Below the pieces are notes generated by a model that was given only the letters and a program-made list of their open reading frames with translations, was not told where the DNA came from and did no database searches. Shown piece after piece: positions 37,732 through 49,832 of a DNA stretch of 62,258 nucleotides. The translations under genes were made by a program, and so were the position numbers. The DNA is from Ignavibacteriota bacterium (lineage in GTDB: Bacteria > Bacteroidota > Ignavibacteria > UBA10030 > UBA6906). The stretch is taken from positions 1 to 62,258 of the forward strand of contig PMJR01000066.1 of NCBI GenBank assembly GCA_003158475.1, in the 5' to 3' direction. Numbering within the stretch: position 1 is the stretch's first letter; each line of letters opens with the position of its first letter.

Positions 37732-40566
37732 ATGACGCTACGGGGCACCCGGCCCGGAAGGAAAGCCGATCGCCGGAACGATCTCTTCACCGCGGAAATC
37801 CAGCTCCGGACTCTCGCCGCCCTCGGCGCACTGCGGAGCGACGGTGTCCCGCTTTCCCGTCTCCTCCGGCAACTTGCCGGAGTTCTGCGAAGGGAGACCG
37901 GATCCGGGTTCGTGTACATCCGGGCATCCGGCGCGCCGGGAAGAACCCCCGCGCTTTCGGCGGTCGCAGTGACTTCGCCCGGCCGCGCAGGCCTTCCCCC
38001 GGGCGAGCCGTTCCTCCTCTCCGGTGTCCGCCCGGGAAAAGTGCTCGTCGTATCCCCCGGGGTCCGGGGGAAGGTTGCGCGTCAGGTGCGGACGCTTGGC
38101 CTCATGAACCTGGTCGTCCTCCCTCTCCGCGTGGGGCGCCGCCTCCGGGGCGTGCTCGCCCTGGGGTCGCGGGAGAAATCTGTCGGGGGAGCGGCGGACC
38201 TCCGTTTCCTGCAGCATTGCGCACTCCAGGTTGCCGCGCTTCTGGCACAACGGGAAGAGCGCGAATTTATGAGGGATGCGGACGAGAAGTACCGTTCGCT
38301 TCGACTGGGGATGCCGGACACCCTCATCTTGCTGGATCCTCTTGACGGGAAGATCATCGATGCAAACCCGCAGGCCACCCGATTGACGGGATTCTCGCGC
38401 GGCCAGCTTACGGGGAAGACAGTCTTCAGCCTCCATACCCCTGCGGTGGCGGAAAAGCACCGCGCCGAGCTCAAACGGCTCCGGCGCGCCTTCACGCAGT
38501 ACGGCCCGATCGAGTTCCTGCGGCAGACGGGGAAGCCGGTTTCCGCCGAGATCAATGCCCGCCTCCTCGCGCTCGGGGGGAAGGCAATGATACTCTGCAT
38601 CGTGCGCGACATCAGCGAGCAGAAGAGGACGGAGGTGAAGCTCGCGGCGTCCGAGGAGCTCCTCCGCATCATCGTCGAAGGGACTCTGGACATGTTCTTT
38701 TATGTCCACGACACCGGCGGCGTCTTCACGTATCTCTCCCCCTCCGTGGGGAAGATCACGGGCTTTCCTCCCGAACACTGGGACTCCCGGTACAAGGATT
38801 TCCTGACGCCGAACCCGATCAACGACAGCGTCAGGGGATATGCGGACCGGGCGCTGAAGGAGGGGATCCCCGCACCCACATACACCTGCGAGGTGCGGCA
38901 CGCCGACGGGAGGCCCCTCCTCCTGGAGATCAACGAGAAACCGATTTTCAAGGAAGGGACGGTGATCGGCATCCAGGGGGTGGCGCGGGATATCACCGAA
39001 AGGAAACGGCTCGAAGAGGCGATACTCGAATCACGCGACAACCTGAACAGGATCCTCGACCAGACCCCGCTGGCAGTCACGGTGCTTGACGCGAGCGGCA
39101 ACCTCATCGATGTCAACGAAGCCTGGCTGCGCCTCTTCGGGGCCGCCGGGAGGGAGCTTGTCGTCGGGAAGTTGAATGTCTTCCATTCGCAGTTCATCAG
39201 GGGGACGGGTCTCGCGGACGGGTTCGCCGCGGTGTACAGGGGGGAGATCGTCGATGTCCCCGCGACCACCGTGGATCCCCGGAGCGCAGGGTCCGAGCTG
39301 CCCCTGAACGGCGTCGAACGGACCGTGCACGTGCGTATGTTCCCTGTGTTCGAGCGGAACGGGAAGCTCGTGAACGTTGTTGCGATGATGGAGGATGTGA
39401 CCGAGAGGCGCCGCCTCGAGGAACAACTCATTCAATCCCAGAAGATGGAGAGCATCGGGCTCCTCGCCGGAGGGATCGCCCACGACTTCAACAACATCCT
39501 GGGGGGGATCCTGGGATACGCGTCGTTCGTGAAGACGCAGGTGCCGAAGGAAGACAGGATCTATCCCCACCTGGAGACCATCGAGCGTTCCGCGCTGAGG
39601 GCGGCGGAGCTGACCTCGCAGCTCCTCGGGTTCGCCCGCGGAGGGAAGTACGTCGTCGGACCGCTCATCATCAATGATCTCGTCCGGGAGACTGCGGACC
39701 TCCTGAGGGGGACGATCGAGACGAACATCGCGATGACGACCGGTCTCGATGCTTCATCTCCCGTGATCGAGGCCGATGCCTCGCAGATGCAACAGGTATT
39801 GATGAATCTCTGTGTCAACGCAAGGGATGCGATGCCCGGCGGCGGGGAGCTGACGATAACGACGACGCGCCTCGACGCACCGGATGCTTTCCTCCGGTCG
39901 ATCCCGGAGGCAAGAGGAGGACGGTTCGTCCGCATTGAGATCGCCGATACCGGCATAGGGATCGAAAAGGCGATACGCGGAAAAATCTTCGATCCGTTCT
40001 TCACGACGAAGGAGAAGGGGAAGGGGACCGGGCTGGGACTGGCGACGGTCTACGGCATCGTGAAGAACCATAACGGGTTCATCAACGTCGAGAGCGAGAT
40101 CGGGTCGGGGACGACCTTTTCCGTCTATATCCCCGCCGTCGACAAGGTGGCTGCAAAGGTCCAGGAGGACGAGTCCCGCCCGCAGGGAGGCCAGGAGACG
40201 ATCCTCGTGGTGGACGACGAAGAGATGATACGGATGCTCGTGCGGGACATACTCGAGGAAATCGGTTACAACGTCCTCTCCGCAGCAGATGGCATCGAGG
40301 CGGTCGAGCTTTACAAGGAAAAGGACGGGGAGATAGATCTTGTGATACTCGACATGACGATGCCCGGGATGGGAGGGAGGGAGACGTTTGAGAAGCTTAA
40401 AGAGATGAATCCGAGCGTGCGCGCCATCCTCTCCACGGGCTATGCCGCGGACGAACGGGCGCGCCAGATGCTGGCCATGGGGGTGAAGGCATTCGTCCAG
40501 AAACCCTACCGGATTGACGACCTTGCCTCTGCCGTGCGCAAGACACTCGATTCCCCCGGAACCTAA
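37732..40566 (+). CDS. Cytoplasmic hybrid sensor histidine kinase (GAF-like, 3 PAS, HisKA/HATPase, REC)
   Basis: Three PAS domains ending RDISE/RDITE/EDVTE; [43 protein letters not shown]; start uncertain (37675-37732). Confidence 0.92.
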   Translation: MTLRGTRPGRKADRRNDLFTAEIQLRTLAALGALRSDGVPLSRLLRQLAGVLRRETGSGFVYIRASGAPGRTPALSAVAVTSPGRAGLPPGEPFLLSGVRPGKVLVVSPGVRGKVARQVRTLGLMNLVVLPLRVGRRLRGVLALGSREKSVGGAADLRFLQHCALQVAALLAQREEREFMRDADEKYRSLRLGMPDTLILLDPLDGKIIDANPQATRLTGFSRGQLTGKTVFSLHTPAVAEKHRAELKRLRRAFTQYGPIEFLRQTGKPVSAEINARLLALGGKAMILCIVRDISEQKRTEVKLAASEELLRIIVEGTLDMFFYVHDTGGVFTYLSPSVGKITGFPPEHWDSRYKDFLTPNPINDSVRGYADRALKEGIPAPTYTCEVRHADGRPLLLEINEKPIFKEGTVIGIQGVARDITERKRLEEAILESRDNLNRILDQTPLAVTVLDASGNLIDVNEAWLRLFGAAGRELVVGKLNVFHSQFIRGTGLADGFAAVYRGEIVDVPATTVDPRSAGSELPLNGVERTVHVRMFPVFERNGKLVNVVAMMEDVTERRRLEEQLIQSQKMESIGLLAGGIAHDFNNILGGILGYASFVKTQVPKEDRIYPHLETIERSALRAAELTSQLLGFARGGKYVVGPLIINDLVRETADLLRGTIETNIAMTTGLDASSPVIEADASQMQQVLMNLCVNARDAMPGGGELTITTTRLDAPDAFLRSIPEARGGRFVRIEIADTGIGIEKAIRGKIFDPFFTTKEKGKGTGLGLATVYGIVKNHNGFINVESEIGSGTTFSVYIPAVDKVAAKVQEDESRPQGGQETILVVDDEEMIRMLVRDILEEIGYNVLSAADGIEAVELYKEKDGEIDLVILDMTMPGMGGRETFEKLKEMNPSVRAILSTGYAADERARQMLAMGVKAFVQKPYRIDDLASAVRKTLDSPGT

Positions 40567-40580
40567 AGGAGGGGCGAGGC

Positions 40581-41564
40581 ATGGGAACAGAAAAACCGGT
40601 GGGAGTCGTGCTCCTGCAGCTCGGGGGCCCCGATTCGCTCTCGACGGTCGAGCCGTTTCTCTACAACCTGTTTTGCGACCCCGATATCATCGACCTCCCG
40701 CTGGCCTTTCTCTTCCGGCGCGCGCTGGCGAGGATCATTGCCAGGCGCCGCGCCCCGCGCGTCCGGCAGTTCTACGCACGGATTGGCGGCAGGTCTCCGA
40801 TTCTCAAGCTGACACTCCGGCAGGCTTCGGCTCTGGAACGGGCGCTGCGCCCCGCCCTCGACGCGCGGGTGGTGATCGCCATGCGCTACTGGCACCCGAT
40901 GACCGACGCGGCGATCGATTCGCTGGTCGCCGCCGGCGTCGAGAAGGTGGTACTCCTCCCGCTCTATCCGCAGTATTCGAGGACCACGACGGGTTCCAGC
41001 GTCCGGGAATGGGAGAGGGCGCTCCGGCGCAGGGGGCTCCGCCATTTCCTCGTCCGCACCGTCACGGAGTACTGCGAGCACCCGCTCTATGTCGCCGCTC
41101 TGGTGAGGAACATCGGCATCGCGCTGAGACGTGTTCCACCCGCCGACCGGACGGCCGTCCATCTGGTTTTCAGCGCTCACGGGACCCCGGTCAGCCTGGT
41201 GCGGAGGGGGGACCCGTACCAGGCACAGATCGTGAAGACCTATAATGCCGTGGTGCGGGAAGGGAAATTCGACTTGCCCCATCATCTCTGCTACCAGAGC
41301 AAGGTGGGACCGCAGCGCTGGCTCGAGCCATCCCTGGATGCGACGATCGATCGGCTCGCGCGGGAGCACGTGTCGCACCTGATCGTCATCCCGGTCGCTT
41401 TCGTGTCGGATCACTCGGAAACACTCTGGGAAATCAATATCGAGACGCGACAGGAGGCGCAGCGTCTCGGCATAAGGTATTTTGACATGTCTCCGGCGCT
41501 TCACACGGCTCCCCAGTACATCGCGGCCCTCAGAGATCTGGTCATGCAGAAAGCGACGCCGTGA
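40581..41564 (+). CDS. hemH: Ferrochelatase
   Basis: QLGGPD, IGGRSP, LYPQYS, FSAHG, YQSKVGP..WLEP, FVSDHSETL. Confidence 0.96.
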   Translation: MGTEKPVGVVLLQLGGPDSLSTVEPFLYNLFCDPDIIDLPLAFLFRRALARIIARRRAPRVRQFYARIGGRSPILKLTLRQASALERALRPALDARVVIAMRYWHPMTDAAIDSLVAAGVEKVVLLPLYPQYSRTTTGSSVREWERALRRRGLRHFLVRTVTEYCEHPLYVAALVRNIGIALRRVPPADRTAVHLVFSAHGTPVSLVRRGDPYQAQIVKTYNAVVREGKFDLPHHLCYQSKVGPQRWLEPSLDATIDRLAREHVSHLIVIPVAFVSDHSETLWEINIETRQEAQRLGIRYFDMSPALHTAPQYIAALRDLVMQKATP

Positions 41565-43000
41565 CCGGACACAGGGACGTCGTCATCGTCGGTGCGGGTA
41601 TCTCCGGTCTCACGGTTGCATACTATCTCCGCCGCGCCGGAGTGAGCCTCACGGTCCTGGATCCCGGCGATGCGCCGGGAGGGACGATGCAGACGCTCAC
41701 GGACGGGGGCTGGATGGTGGAGACCGGGCCGAACAGCGCGCTGGAAACGACCCCCCTGTTCGGGGAAATGTTCGACGGACTCGGCATCACCGGGGAGCGG
41801 CTGTACGCCGAGCCTGCCGCCGACCGCCGGTACATACTCAGGGACGGCGTCCTCCACCCGCTCCCGATGTCGCCGGGGGCGTTCGTCAGGTCGTCTCTCT
41901 GGTCCGTGGCAGGGAAACTGCGTCTCATGAAAGAACCATTCGTGGGCCGGGCGACGGAAGAGGAGACGGTTGCGCAGTTTGTTCGCCGCCGTCTCGGGGA
42001 GGAGTTCCTGGACTACGCGATCAACCCGTTTGTCGCCGGCGTGTATGCGGGAGATCCCGCGGCGCTCAGTGTACGGGCGGCATTTCCGAAGCTTTACGCG
42101 CTCGAGGAACGGTACGGGGGACTCATCCGGGGGATGGTGCGGGGGGCAGGCGAGCGGAGGAAACGGGCCGAGAAGGCAAAAGACAGGGCGCGGATGTTTT
42201 CGTTCAGGGAGGGGATGCAGACGTTCCCGATGGCACTCGGACGATCGCTCGGGGATGAACTCCGTCTGAAGTGCACGGTGACCTCGGTGGAGCGGAAGAC
42301 CCGCCCCGCGGGGACGCCGGAGTTTCTCGTCCGTTACAGGCGGGAGGGGGACCCGGGCTCGCTTGGGGCTGCGGCGGTGGTGCTGGCGGTGCCGGCGTAC
42401 ATCGCGGGGAATTTCGTCCGCCCATTTTCGGAGTCTCTTGCCGCGGCGCTCGAAGGCATTTTCTATCCGCCGGTCGCGGAGGTTTTCCTCGGGTTTCCCG
42501 CCTCTGCCATGGGACGTCCGCTCGACGGTTTCGGGTACCTGATCCCGGCCCGGGAGGAAAGAAAGATACTCGGAACGATCTGGTCTTCCGCACTCTTTCC
42601 CGGCAGGGCCCCGGCGGGTCATGTCGCTCTGACGACATTCGTGGGGGGAGCGAGGCAGCCGTTGGTTGCGGGACTGGGAGACAATGCACTGACAGAGATT
42701 GTCGCCTCGGAGATCCGTTCCCTCATGGCCGTACACGGGGATCCGGTGTACGCGAAGATCATACGCTGGGAGAAGGCCATCCCCCAGTACAACCTCGGCC
42801 ATCTCGCGCTCGTGGAGGAGATCGGGGGTCTCGAACGGCGGGTCCCGGGGCTGTACCTCTGCGGGAACTACCGCGGGGGGATTGCAGTCGGAGACTGCCT
42901 CGCGAGCGGGGAGAGATTGGCCCGCCGTATTGCCGGCGAAATGCGAAATTCTCCTTTCGGGAGCCCCGCACGAACGGCGGGGGACGGGAGGGATCAATAA
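41561..43000 (+). CDS. hemY: HemY-type protoporphyrinogen/coproporphyrinogen oxidase
   Basis: [34 protein letters not shown]. Confidence 0.92.
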   Translation: MTGHRDVVIVGAGISGLTVAYYLRRAGVSLTVLDPGDAPGGTMQTLTDGGWMVETGPNSALETTPLFGEMFDGLGITGERLYAEPAADRRYILRDGVLHPLPMSPGAFVRSSLWSVAGKLRLMKEPFVGRATEEETVAQFVRRRLGEEFLDYAINPFVAGVYAGDPAALSVRAAFPKLYALEERYGGLIRGMVRGAGERRKRAEKAKDRARMFSFREGMQTFPMALGRSLGDELRLKCTVTSVERKTRPAGTPEFLVRYRREGDPGSLGAAAVVLAVPAYIAGNFVRPFSESLAAALEGIFYPPVAEVFLGFPASAMGRPLDGFGYLIPAREERKILGTIWSSALFPGRAPAGHVALTTFVGGARQPLVAGLGDNALTEIVASEIRSLMAVHGDPVYAKIIRWEKAIPQYNLGHLALVEEIGGLERRVPGLYLCGNYRGGIAVGDCLASGERLARRIAGEMRNSPFGSPARTAGDGRDQ

Positions 43001-43019
43001 CAAGCATGAAGGTGCACAG

Positions 43020-44024
43020 ATGAATACCGTCGAAACAAACGTCGCTTCGTTCCCGGTGGCACGGCTCCGCCGGCTCCGTATGACGGAGACACTGCGGGGC
43101 ATGGTCCGTGAAACCCACCTGAGCCCGGACGATCTCATCTATCCGCTCTTCGTCGTCCCGGGATCGAATGTAAAAAAAGAGGTTTCTTCGATGCCGGGGG
43201 TCTACCAGATGTCCGTGGACCAGATCGTCCGTGAATGCGCCGATGTCCATGCGCTCGGGATCCCCGCCGTGATATTCTTCGGCATACCGGAGGAGAAGGA
43301 CGAAGTCGGCTCCGGTGCCTACGATACTCACGGCGTCGTCCAAGAGGCGCTCAGGGCCGTGAAAAAGGAGGTCCCGGACCTTTTCCTCATCACCGACGTC
43401 TGCCTCTGTGAGTATACATCCCACGGGCACTGCGGGATCGTCCGGGGGAACGAGATCGTGAACGACGAATCCGTCGAACTCCTCGCCCGCGAGGCGCTCT
43501 CGCACGCCGAGGCGGGAGCCGATATGGTCGCCCCTTCGGACATGTTCGACGGCAGGGTTGGCGCGATCCGGCGGGCGCTGGATGAGCATGATTTCCGGAA
43601 CATCCCCATCATGTCTTATGCGGCGAAGTACGCGTCCGGTTTCTACGGCCCATTCAGGGAGGCGGCGGAGAGCACACCGAAATTCGGCGACAGGCGCTCC
43701 CACCAGATGGATCCGGCAAATTCCGACGAAGCGATCAGGGAGGTGGCACAGGACATCGCCGAGGGGGCGGACATTGTCATGGTGAAACCGGCGTTGCCTT
43801 ATCTCGACGTGCTCTACAGAGTGAAGCAGCAGTTCGGGATGCCGACCGCGGCATACAACGTCAGCGGCGAATACGCCATGGTCAAGGCGGCCGCACGTCT
43901 GGGGTGGATAGACGAAGAGCGCGTCATGATGGAGATGCTCACCGGGATCAAACGGGCGGGGGCCGACCTGATACTCACGTACTTCGCGAAGGCCGCGGCG
44001 GGTCTCCTCAGGAGGAAGCGGTGA
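43020..44024 (+). CDS. hemB: Porphobilinogen synthase (Zn-type)
   Basis: [35 protein letters not shown]. Confidence 0.97.
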   Translation: MNTVETNVASFPVARLRRLRMTETLRGMVRETHLSPDDLIYPLFVVPGSNVKKEVSSMPGVYQMSVDQIVRECADVHALGIPAVIFFGIPEEKDEVGSGAYDTHGVVQEALRAVKKEVPDLFLITDVCLCEYTSHGHCGIVRGNEIVNDESVELLAREALSHAEAGADMVAPSDMFDGRVGAIRRALDEHDFRNIPIMSYAAKYASGFYGPFREAAESTPKFGDRRSHQMDPANSDEAIREVAQDIAEGADIVMVKPALPYLDVLYRVKQQFGMPTAAYNVSGEYAMVKAAARLGWIDEERVMMEMLTGIKRAGADLILTYFAKAAAGLLRRKR

Positions 44025-45331
44025 CGGGTGACGTGAAGACCCGGAGATCCGATGCGCTGTTCGCGCGCGCGCTGGAGCTGATTCCCGGAGGGGTCAACTC
44101 ACCCGTCCGTGCATTCCGCTCCGTCGGGTGCTCCCCGCGTTTCATCACGAAGGCGGAAGGTGCACGCCTCTGGGATGAGGACGGCAACGAGTACATCGAC
44201 TATGTGGGTTCATGGGGACCGATGATACTCGGCCACGCGCACCCGCGGGTGATCGGTGCGGTGATCCGTGCCGCTGCTTCGGGGACCAGTTTCGGCGCAC
44301 CGACGGGGCTCGAAGTGAGAATGGCGGAATTGATAACGCGGCTCGTCCCTTCCGTGGAGATGGTCCGGATGGTGAACTCCGGCACCGAGGCGACGATGAG
44401 CGCGGTCCGCCTCTCACGGGCGTACACCGGGCGTGAGAAGATCATAAAGTTCGAGGGGTGCTATCACGGTCACGCCGACGCGTTCCTTATCAAGGCGGGT
44501 TCCGGCGCGATGACGATGAGTGTTCCCGACAGCCCGGGGGTCCCCGCGGGAGTCGCGGCACAGACGCTCACGGCCCGCTTCAACGACCTGGATTCCGTGG
44601 CGGCGCTCCTGGGGCTCCACCGCCGTGAGGTGGCGGCACTCATTGTCGAGCCCGTTGTCGGGAACATGGGGTGCGTCCCTCCGGAACCCGGATTCCTGGA
44701 GGGACTGCGACGTCTCTGCACGGAAGAAGGCGTCGTTCTCATTTTCGACGAGGTGATGACCGGATTCCGGCTTGCCCTCGGGGGAGCGCAGCAGCTTTAC
44801 GGGGTGAGGCCCGACCTGACGACACTCGGGAAGATCATCGGCGGGGGGATGCCTGTCGGCGCATACGGCGGGAAACGTGAGATCATGACGATGATCGCGC
44901 CGGCCGGACCGGTCTACCAGGCGGGGACGCTCTCGGGGAATCCGCTTGCAATGACCGCCGGGCTCGAGACACTGACAATCCTGGCCGGGGACCCCGGCCT
45001 CTACGATCAGCTGGAACGGAAATCACGGCGGCTGGCGGAGGGGATTGCCCGGACGATCGACTCGCTCGGGTTGCCGCTGACGCAGAACCGCGTGGGTTCC
45101 ATGTCCACGCTCTTCTTTACCCCCGGACGTGTCATCGACTATGCGGGAGCGCTCAAGGCGGACACAAAGCGCTTCGGTGTGTACTTCCGTGAGATGCTCC
45201 GCCGGGGGATCTACCTGGCTCCCTCACAGTACGAAGCAGGCTTCATGTCGGTCGCGCACACGGACGAGGATATCGACAGGACGATCGACGCGAACCGCGA
45301 GGCGCTCACAGCCGCATTCACCACAAAGTAA
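44021..45331 (+). CDS. hemL: Glutamate-1-semialdehyde 2,1-aminomutase
   Basis: [44 protein letters not shown]. Confidence 0.97.
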   Translation: MTGDVKTRRSDALFARALELIPGGVNSPVRAFRSVGCSPRFITKAEGARLWDEDGNEYIDYVGSWGPMILGHAHPRVIGAVIRAAASGTSFGAPTGLEVRMAELITRLVPSVEMVRMVNSGTEATMSAVRLSRAYTGREKIIKFEGCYHGHADAFLIKAGSGAMTMSVPDSPGVPAGVAAQTLTARFNDLDSVAALLGLHRREVAALIVEPVVGNMGCVPPEPGFLEGLRRLCTEEGVVLIFDEVMTGFRLALGGAQQLYGVRPDLTTLGKIIGGGMPVGAYGGKREIMTMIAPAGPVYQAGTLSGNPLAMTAGLETLTILAGDPGLYDQLERKSRRLAEGIARTIDSLGLPLTQNRVGSMSTLFFTPGRVIDYAGALKADTKRFGVYFREMLRRGIYLAPSQYEAGFMSVAHTDEDIDRTIDANREALTAAFTTK

Positions 45332-45341
45332 AAGGAGGCGC

Positions 45342-45821
45342 ATGTTTACACTGACCTGCGGATCCTACAAGATCGGAGGGGAGATCCCGGTGAAGTACGC
45401 ACATCGCCCGATCCCCGGGGCGGAGAACATCTCCCCGGCATTCAGCTGGGAGGATCCTCCGCCGGGCACCAGGTCCTTTGCTCTCTCGATCGTGGACCCC
45501 CATCCCGTGGCGAACAACTGGGTCCACTGGTTTATCATCGACATTCCCTTCCAGGAGCGATCGCTGGGGGAGGGTGCGTCCGGGACGGGGAGGCTTCCCT
45601 CGGGAGCAAAGGAACTTCTCAACTCGTACAACGAGAAGGGCTACGGAGGACCCGCACCGCCGAAGGGTTCGGGGTCACACCCGTACGTCGCCACGCTGTA
45701 TGCTCTCGATACTCCCTCGCTCCCTCTCGGGAAAGACACGGTTCTTTCGGCGTTCCTGAGGACGATCGAAGGGAAGAGCATCGCCGAGGCCTCCCTGACG
45801 GCGTACCACGAGCGGAAGTGA
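45342..45821 (+). CDS. YbhB/YbcL (PEBP) family protein
   Basis: NISP, DPHP...WVHW, YGGPAPPKGSGSHPY, LYALD; AGGAGG RBS. Confidence 0.9.
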   Translation: MFTLTCGSYKIGGEIPVKYAHRPIPGAENISPAFSWEDPPPGTRSFALSIVDPHPVANNWVHWFIIDIPFQERSLGEGASGTGRLPSGAKELLNSYNEKGYGGPAPPKGSGSHPYVATLYALDTPSLPLGKDTVLSAFLRTIEGKSIAEASLTAYHERK

Positions 45822-45843
45822 GCTGCTCATTGCGCGGTGTCTT

Positions 45844-46953
45844 TTACAGCATTCCCCCGACATATTGCGCAATCGCCGGCGACGCCGTCAGGCCGGGAGA
45901 TTCTATCCCTATCAGGTTGATGAACCCCGGGAGTCCCCGCTCACTCTCCTCCCGTATCACGAAGTCTCTCGGCGGCTCCCCCGGTCCCTGCAGCTTCGGA
46001 CGGATCCCGCTCATGTCTGGAGTGAGGTCTTCGTCACGGACATGCGGGAGTAACCGGCGGACGGAAGCGCCGAAGGCGCCCCGTTTCTTTTCGTCGACGC
46101 GGTAGTCCAGCACGCGACCCTCCTGGTACTCGATGTCCGGGCCGAACTTCAGGCGTCCCCCGAGGTCCACGACCGCATGGACGCCCAGCGTTTCATTGGT
46201 CGGGACCGGGTAGACGAGCCGGCTCACGCATCCGCTCAATGATGCCGGCAGGGCGAAATAGCATCCCCTGCTGTAGTGGAGCCGGTACCCTTCCCCATCC
46301 ACGTCGATGCCGGCAAGCGCGGCGATCGTGTCGGACTCCAGTCCGGCTGCGTTGATGACGCGTTCCGACGTGATCGTGGAGTACTCCCCCCCCTCACTGA
46401 CAGTGATCAGGTAGTCGTTGGAACGGCGTTCCACCCCGACAACGGTGCAGTGCGTCTGCACCTCGGCTCCCTGGTCCTTCGCTGTTCTGTAAAAGAAATC
46501 CATGAGTCCGTGCGCGCTGATGATCCCCGTATCCGGAGAGAAGAGGCCGCCGACGGTGACGATCTGCGGCTCCAGGGCAAGGACTTCCGCGGCGGTCATC
46601 ACGCGGAGCGAGACCCCGTTCTCCGATCCGAGAGCGCGGAGCCGGTGGAGTTCCCCTTCCTCCGATGGACGTGTGGCGGTGATGATCTTTGTGATCCGCC
46701 TGTGGGGAATGCCGTGGCGGCCGCAGATTTCATACAGGAGACGGTTTCCCTCGACGCAGAGCCGTGCCTTCAGCGAACCGTTGGCGTAATAAATTCCCGC
46801 GTGGATGACCTCGCTGTTGCGGCTCGAGGTCTCCTGACCGTACTTCGGATTCCTCTCCAGGAGGTACAGAGGTGCGTGGCGCCGGGAAAGCTCTGCGGCG
46901 ATCGCAAGGCCGACCGCACCACCGCCTATGACTGTGAGAGCGGCATCCGGCAT
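45844..46953 (-). CDS. FAD-dependent oxidoreductase, L-2-hydroxyglutarate oxidase (LhgO)-like
   Basis: IGGGAVG, TSSRNSEVIHAGIYY, GIRPKL, GIESPGLT. Confidence 0.88.
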   Translation of the reverse strand: MPDAALTVIGGGAVGLAIAAELSRRHAPLYLLERNPKYGQETSSRNSEVIHAGIYYANGSLKARLCVEGNRLLYEICGRHGIPHRRITKIITATRPSEEGELHRLRALGSENGVSLRVMTAAEVLALEPQIVTVGGLFSPDTGIISAHGLMDFFYRTAKDQGAEVQTHCTVVGVERRSNDYLITVSEGGEYSTITSERVINAAGLESDTIAALAGIDVDGEGYRLHYSRGCYFALPASLSGCVSRLVYPVPTNETLGVHAVVDLGGRLKFGPDIEYQEGRVLDYRVDEKKRGAFGASVRRLLPHVRDEDLTPDMSGIRPKLQGPGEPPRDFVIREESERGLPGFINLIGIESPGLTASPAIAQYVGGML

Positions 46954-46959
46954 GTTCAA

Positions 46960-47862
46960 TTACTCCACGATGTGCGGTGATTCCACAAGGACCCAGGTCT
47001 TGTCCGGCACGGTGCCCGCGGCGCGGAAGAAGTCCGCCGTGTCCCTCTTCCTGGAGTTGACCCTGACCCTGAGTCCCGCGGAATAGAGCAGGAGGGGGAT
47101 GTCGTTTTTCGAGTCGCTCGCCACCAAAAGGGGGATGAGGTCCGTGTGACGCCGGAGGGCGTCGATTTTGCCGGTGCGTATGGGGACAGGCTCCTCTGCC
47201 CGGTCCGTCAGGAGTCCGTCACGCACTTCCAGATCGATCCCGATGATCCGGTCCGGGGGTATGCCGAAGCGCCGGAACACCGGCACGACGCTCCATTTGT
47301 TGCTCCCTGTGACGACCCAGATGTCGAATTTCCGTTCCGTGAGCGCGCCGATCAGTTCCACGGATTCCCGGATGAACCTGGCGCCGCGGGAAAGATCGCG
47401 CCCGCCGAGCCGCCTGATCCCGATCGGCGAGGAGATCTCATCCTCGAACGTTGCGTCCGCCAGCGCGTGCACTTCCGCCGGCGTGTATCCCGCAAAAAGG
47501 CGGACGATGTCGGCGCAGGCCTTGACCACCGCCCCCGAGGCGATCTGGTCGAAATACCGCGAGAGAAGAATCTCCGCGAATCTGGGGTACGCAGGACTCC
47601 CCGCCCGCTCGGCGGGAACAAGTGCCGCCAGTTCCTCGTACAGGCTCCCGAGTTCCCCGCGCCGGGGATGATCCGGCCAAACCAGGGCGGGAGACCGCCG
47701 GAAATGAAAATGCTCGATTTGGCGGTAGAACATCGCCTCCCCCATATCCCCGTGAACCACCGTCCCGTCACAGTCAAAAACAGCGACGGGGCGGGGGCCC
47801 TGATCGTGGTTCAGGTGTCCGGCGAGGAATGCCGCGACGGCGGGGTCTGTCAGTATGGACAT
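46960..47862 (-). CDS. HAD-superfamily hydrolase
   Basis: AVFDCDGT, VVTGS, K...SDSKND. Confidence 0.82.
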   Translation of the reverse strand: MSILTDPAVAAFLAGHLNHDQGPRPVAVFDCDGTVVHGDMGEAMFYRQIEHFHFRRSPALVWPDHPRRGELGSLYEELAALVPAERAGSPAYPRFAEILLSRYFDQIASGAVVKACADIVRLFAGYTPAEVHALADATFEDEISSPIGIRRLGGRDLSRGARFIRESVELIGALTERKFDIWVVTGSNKWSVVPVFRRFGIPPDRIIGIDLEVRDGLLTDRAEEPVPIRTGKIDALRRHTDLIPLLVASDSKNDIPLLLYSAGLRVRVNSRKRDTADFFRAAGTVPDKTWVLVESPHIVE

Positions 47863-47887
47863 GTCGTGTGAGAGAGACGTTCCCCTC

Positions 47888-47947
47888 AAAATACGAAGGG
47901 AGGGGCGGAAGAGCAACATTGCAACTCACCGGCGAAAGAAGTATATT
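47888..47947. promoter_or_regulatory. Back-to-back divergent sigma70-type promoters (HAD gene / lepA)
   Basis: Minus strand TTGCTC-N17-TATTTT (47916-47888); plus strand TTGCAA-N17-TATATT (47919-47947). Confidence 0.55.
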
Positions 47948-48024
47948 GATCCATGACGTGTGCCCGACCGAGCAAGTCCGCCCCGCTTTCCCCGGGACGG
48001 ATTTTCTGTTATTGACGATACCGC

Positions 48025-49824
48025 ATGAACGCGATCCGGAATTTCTGCATCATCGCCCATATTGATCACGGCAAGTCGACGATCGCCGACCGCCTTCTCG
48101 AGCGGACCGGCACGATCACGCCCCGCGAGATGAAGTTCAACCAGGTCCTTGACGACATGGACCTCGAACAGGAACGCGGGATCACGATCAAGCTGCACGC
48201 CATCCAGATGCACTACGCGGCGAAGGACGGATCCTCCTACACGCTGAATCTCATCGACACGCCGGGACACGTCGATTTTTCCTACGAAGTCTCCCGGTCA
48301 CTCGCCGCCTGTGAAGGGGCCATACTGGTCGTGGATGCGTCGCAGGGTGTGGAAGCACAGACCATAAGCAACCTGTACCTTGCGATCGACGCGGGACTCG
48401 AGATCATCCCCGTCATCAACAAGATCGACCTGCCGAGCGCGACGATCGACGCCGTCAAAGGGCAGATCAGGGATCTGATCGGCTGCCGCGACGACGAGAT
48501 CATCCTGGCGAGCGCGAAGGCCAACATCGGCATCGACGAAATACTGGAGGCGGTTGTCGGCCGCATCGCATCCCCCGCGGGGGATCCTGCCCGGCCCCTC
48601 CGCGCCCTGATATTCGATTCGGTGTTCGACGCCTACCGCGGGTCGGTCGTGTACATCCGCGTTGTCGAAGGGACGCTCCGGGAGGGGGACAGGATCATGT
48701 TCTTCCACACGGGGAAACCTTTCGACGCCGAGGAGGTGGGGGTCCTGGAGATGAAGCGGCTCCGGACGGGGGAGCTGGCCGCAGGGAACGTGGGGTACCT
48801 CATCGCCGGGGTGAGGGACGTCCATGACACCAAAGTCGGCGACACGGTCACCTCGGCGGCGCACCCGGCAGAGAGTGCGCTCCCGGGATACAAGGAAGTG
48901 AAACCGATGGTCTTCAGCGGCGTGTACCCGACGAATGCCGAAGACTTCGAGGACCTCCGGAGCGCGATCGCAAAGCTGCAGCTCAACGACTCCTCGCTCG
49001 TCTACCAGCCGGAAACATCGACGGCGCTCGGGTTCGGATTCCGGTGCGGTTTTCTCGGCCTGCTCCACATGGAGATCGTCCAGGAACGGCTCGAGCGCGA
49101 ATACAACCAGAACATCATCAACACCGTGCCCAATGTGGAATACCGGGTGACACGGACAGGAGGTGACGTCGTTCTCGTGGACAACCCGTCCACCATGCCG
49201 CCCCTGGGCGAAGTCGCCATGGTGGAGGAACCGTACGTCAAGGCGCAGATCATCGTCCCGGTGGAATATGTCGGGAACATCATGAAGCTCTGCATGGACC
49301 GCCGGGGGGTGTACCGGAACACGACCTACCTCGATCCCACGCGGGCGGACATCGCATACGACATGCCCCTGAGCGAGATCATATTTGATTTTTATGATAA
49401 ATTGAAATCGACGAGCCGGGGGTATGCATCGTTCGACTATGACCTCCTGGATTTCCGCGAATCGGACCTCGTCAAACTCGACATCCTCCTCAACGGGGAG
49501 TCTGTCGATGCGTTCTCGTGCATCGTGCACCGGGACAAGGCGCACGACTGGGGGAAGAAGCTCTGTGTGAAACTGCGCAAACTGATACCGAGGCAGATGT
49601 TCGAGGTGGCCATCCAGGCGGCGATCGGCAGCAAGGTCGTCGCGCGAGAGTCGATTTCCGCGATGCGAAAGAACGTGCTGGCGAAATGCTATGGGGGCGA
49701 CATCTCCCGCAAGCGGAAGCTCCTGGAGAAACAAAAAGAAGGAAAAAAGCGTATGAAGCAGGTGGGGCGCGTCGAAATTCCCCAGGAAGCGTTCCTGGCG
49801 GTTCTCTCAATGGAAGACGAATAA
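48025..49824 (+). CDS. lepA: Elongation factor 4
   Basis: [55 protein letters not shown]. Confidence 0.98.
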   Translation: MNAIRNFCIIAHIDHGKSTIADRLLERTGTITPREMKFNQVLDDMDLEQERGITIKLHAIQMHYAAKDGSSYTLNLIDTPGHVDFSYEVSRSLAACEGAILVVDASQGVEAQTISNLYLAIDAGLEIIPVINKIDLPSATIDAVKGQIRDLIGCRDDEIILASAKANIGIDEILEAVVGRIASPAGDPARPLRALIFDSVFDAYRGSVVYIRVVEGTLREGDRIMFFHTGKPFDAEEVGVLEMKRLRTGELAAGNVGYLIAGVRDVHDTKVGDTVTSAAHPAESALPGYKEVKPMVFSGVYPTNAEDFEDLRSAIAKLQLNDSSLVYQPETSTALGFGFRCGFLGLLHMEIVQERLEREYNQNIINTVPNVEYRVTRTGGDVVLVDNPSTMPPLGEVAMVEEPYVKAQIIVPVEYVGNIMKLCMDRRGVYRNTTYLDPTRADIAYDMPLSEIIFDFYDKLKSTSRGYASFDYDLLDFRESDLVKLDILLNGESVDAFSCIVHRDKAHDWGKKLCVKLRKLIPRQMFEVAIQAAIGSKVVARESISAMRKNVLAKCYGGDISRKRKLLEKQKEGKKRMKQVGRVEIPQEAFLAVLSMEDE

Positions 49825-49832
49825 GGAGGCCC

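Noticed and set aside
33469-43703. Long minus-strand ORFs opposite the hem genes (e.g. 550, 545, 387 aa)
   Set aside because: Antisense frames stay open because of high-GC codon bias; no recognisable motifs
47926-49734. Long antisense ORFs opposite lepA (114 and 478 aa)
   Set aside because: Shadow ORFs of a conserved GC-rich gene
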